Assembly: GCA_001938485.1 (NCBI GenBank)
Contig: MQRK01250363.1
Span: forward strand, 1 to 49,662
Length of the DNA: 49,662 nt
Source: Girardia tigrina
Lineage: Eukaryota
Reading direction: 5' to 3'
The position numbers were made by a program, and so were the translations under genes. Shown here one piece after another: positions 47,844-49,662 of the stretch. The notes beneath the pieces are model-generated. The model was not told the DNA's origin. It saw only the letters and a list, made by a program, of their open reading frames with translations, and made no database searches. Position 1 is the first letter of the stretch. Each line of letters opens with the position of its first letter.

Positions 47844-49662
47844 GCAATAGTTATTTCTCATATTGCACATCCGTTAAATTCATTGTTACAAAAAGATAAA
47901 AAATTTGTGTGGAGACAAGCTCAACAAAACGCTTTTGAAATTCTTAGAGAAAAATTGATATCAAAGCCTATTTTAAGATATCCAGATATGACAAAACCTT
48001 TCATTCTCATGACGGATGCAAGTGGTTATGCTATCGGAGCAGTTCTAGGTCAACAAGAAAATGGTGAAAAGGATCATGTGATAGCTTATGCAAGCAGATC
48101 GTTAAAACCACATGAAAAGAAATATGCAACTATTGAGAAAGAAGCTCTTGCAATAGTATTTGAAGTTGACACTTTCAGACAATATTTATATGGAAGAAAA
48201 ATAATTTTATATACGGATCACAGTCCTTTACAGTGGCTAATGAAACATAGAGATTCTGCCAGCAAATTAATTCGTTGGGCACTAAAATTACAGGAATATG
48301 ATATTGAAATTCGTTACAGAACTGGCAAAGCAAATGCAAATGCAGATACTCTATCTCGGATGGAAAATGAAGAAGAAAAAGTTGTAGAAGAATTAGTTTC
48401 AGATACGGTAATAGCAGCTGTAAGGAATATTGCAAATTTTGAGGTTTTCCAAAAGGATCAACAAAATGATAAAAATATCAAAAAATTAATTAAGGAAGCA
48501 AAAAATATTGAAAGTACAAAACAATTAAAACAGTTAATGGACGATGGCAAAAAGTATTTTGTGTTTAAAGGCATATTGAAATATTTTGATGGGAAAAACG
48601 AATTATTGGTGATTCCGAAAAATCGTCAACAAACGTTAATGCTTCATTATCACGACGGAGCGTTAGGACATTTGTCGGCGAGAAAAACACTGTCTAGATT
48701 GAAACAAAAGTATTTTTGGGAAACAATGGAACAGGATGTTAAAGAATGGTGTAGAACCTGTCAGATATGTCTAACTCGTAAGAATACGGGGAAGAGAATC
48801 AAGGTACCTTTGAAACCAATGCCTGTGCCTTTGGCTCCTATGGAATTATGTGCCATGGATATTGTTGGGCCATTACCTTTAACAACTCTTGGAAACAAAT
48901 ACATTCTTGTCTTTTGCGATTATCTAACAAATTGGGCCGTAGCAGTCCCGATACCAAATCAAAAAACTGAAACAGTAGCGAAAGTATTCGTAGAGGAAAT
49001 AATATTTCGTTATGGTATTCAGGAAAAATTATTAACAGATCAAGGTTCAAACTTTATGAGTGAATTCTTTAGACAGGTAACTGAATATTTCGGAATAATG
49101 AAATTAAATACATCTCCGTATCACCCGCAAACGGATGGTCTTGTTGAAAGATTCAATGGTACACTATTAAACTTGATTTCCTCGTACGTAAATAATGGAC
49201 AAACAGATTGGGATGTACATATCAGTTCGTGTATTTTTGCATATAATAATGCAGTTCACCCGGCTACAAATGAAACACCGTTTTATCTTATGCATTTACG
49301 TAACTCTAATATGCCTATCGATTTGAATTATGAACAAGTAAACTCTAATATTATTGATGTTGCTGACTACAAAACCGTGATGAAGGAAAGAATGCAATTA
49401 GCTTGGGAAAGAGCAGGGTTAAAAATCAAACATAATCAAGAGGAATATAAATCAGCGTATGATAAAAAAACCAAGGATCACGATTTCAAAATTGGAGATT
49501 TAGTTTATTTAAATAAACCTGAACCTAAGAAAGGACTTTCACTAAAATTACAAAGGCCATACAAAGGACCTTATCGAGTTTGTGGAACAACTCCAACTAA
49601 CGTTAGATTACAACCAGCAAATAACAAAAACGCGGAAATCATAGTAGTTCATGCTAACAGAT
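47844..49662 (+). CDS. Ty3/gypsy pol fragment: RT connection, RNase H, integrase (HHCC-DDE-GPY); open to the window edge, 5'-truncated
   Basis: ~606 codons without a stop: SHIAHPL, FILMTDASGYAIGAVL, YATIEKEALAI, TDHSPL, ANADTLSR, HYHDGALGH...CRTCQIC, AMDIVGPLP, LTDQGSNF, YHPQTDGLVERFNGT, YKGPY. Absent from the ORF track because it has no stop in the window. Confidence 0.95.

Noticed and set aside
48175-49050. Minus-strand ORFs at 48175 and 48838
   Set aside because: Antisense shadows of the plus-strand pol ORF.

Overview
AT-rich eukaryotic genomic DNA with ~45-70 nt GT-AG introns, (TA)n tracts and two assembly gaps. It resembles a flatworm (planarian-like) genome, but that is inference. I found one convincing host gene, which the ORF track shows only in part: a 5-exon minus-strand PLAT/LH2-domain (LOXHD1-like) gene at 11927->393. 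Its long introns are filled with transposon debris: IS630/Tc1, Tigger split by a Penelope-like element with a minimal hammerhead ribozyme, and piggyBac-type and other MITEs. The rest is a nested transposon array: a mellifera-type mariner, a decayed CsRn1-like Ty3/gypsy, two hAT remnants, an uninterrupted Ty3/gypsy RNaseH-integrase ORF running off the right edge, and seven large TG...CA LTR-like units. Four of these are complete 2.9-3.6 kb solo LTRs with 4-bp TSDs. The most interesting signal is an architecture shared by these barely alignable LTRs: a series of ~50-nt introns on the ANTISENSE strand of the U3 region upstream of the sense TATA box, a conserved covarying hairpin near the 5' end, and a conserved structured cassette at the 3' end. 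This suggests an LTR-encoded spliced antisense RNA system. All coordinates were read by eye; no searches were run.
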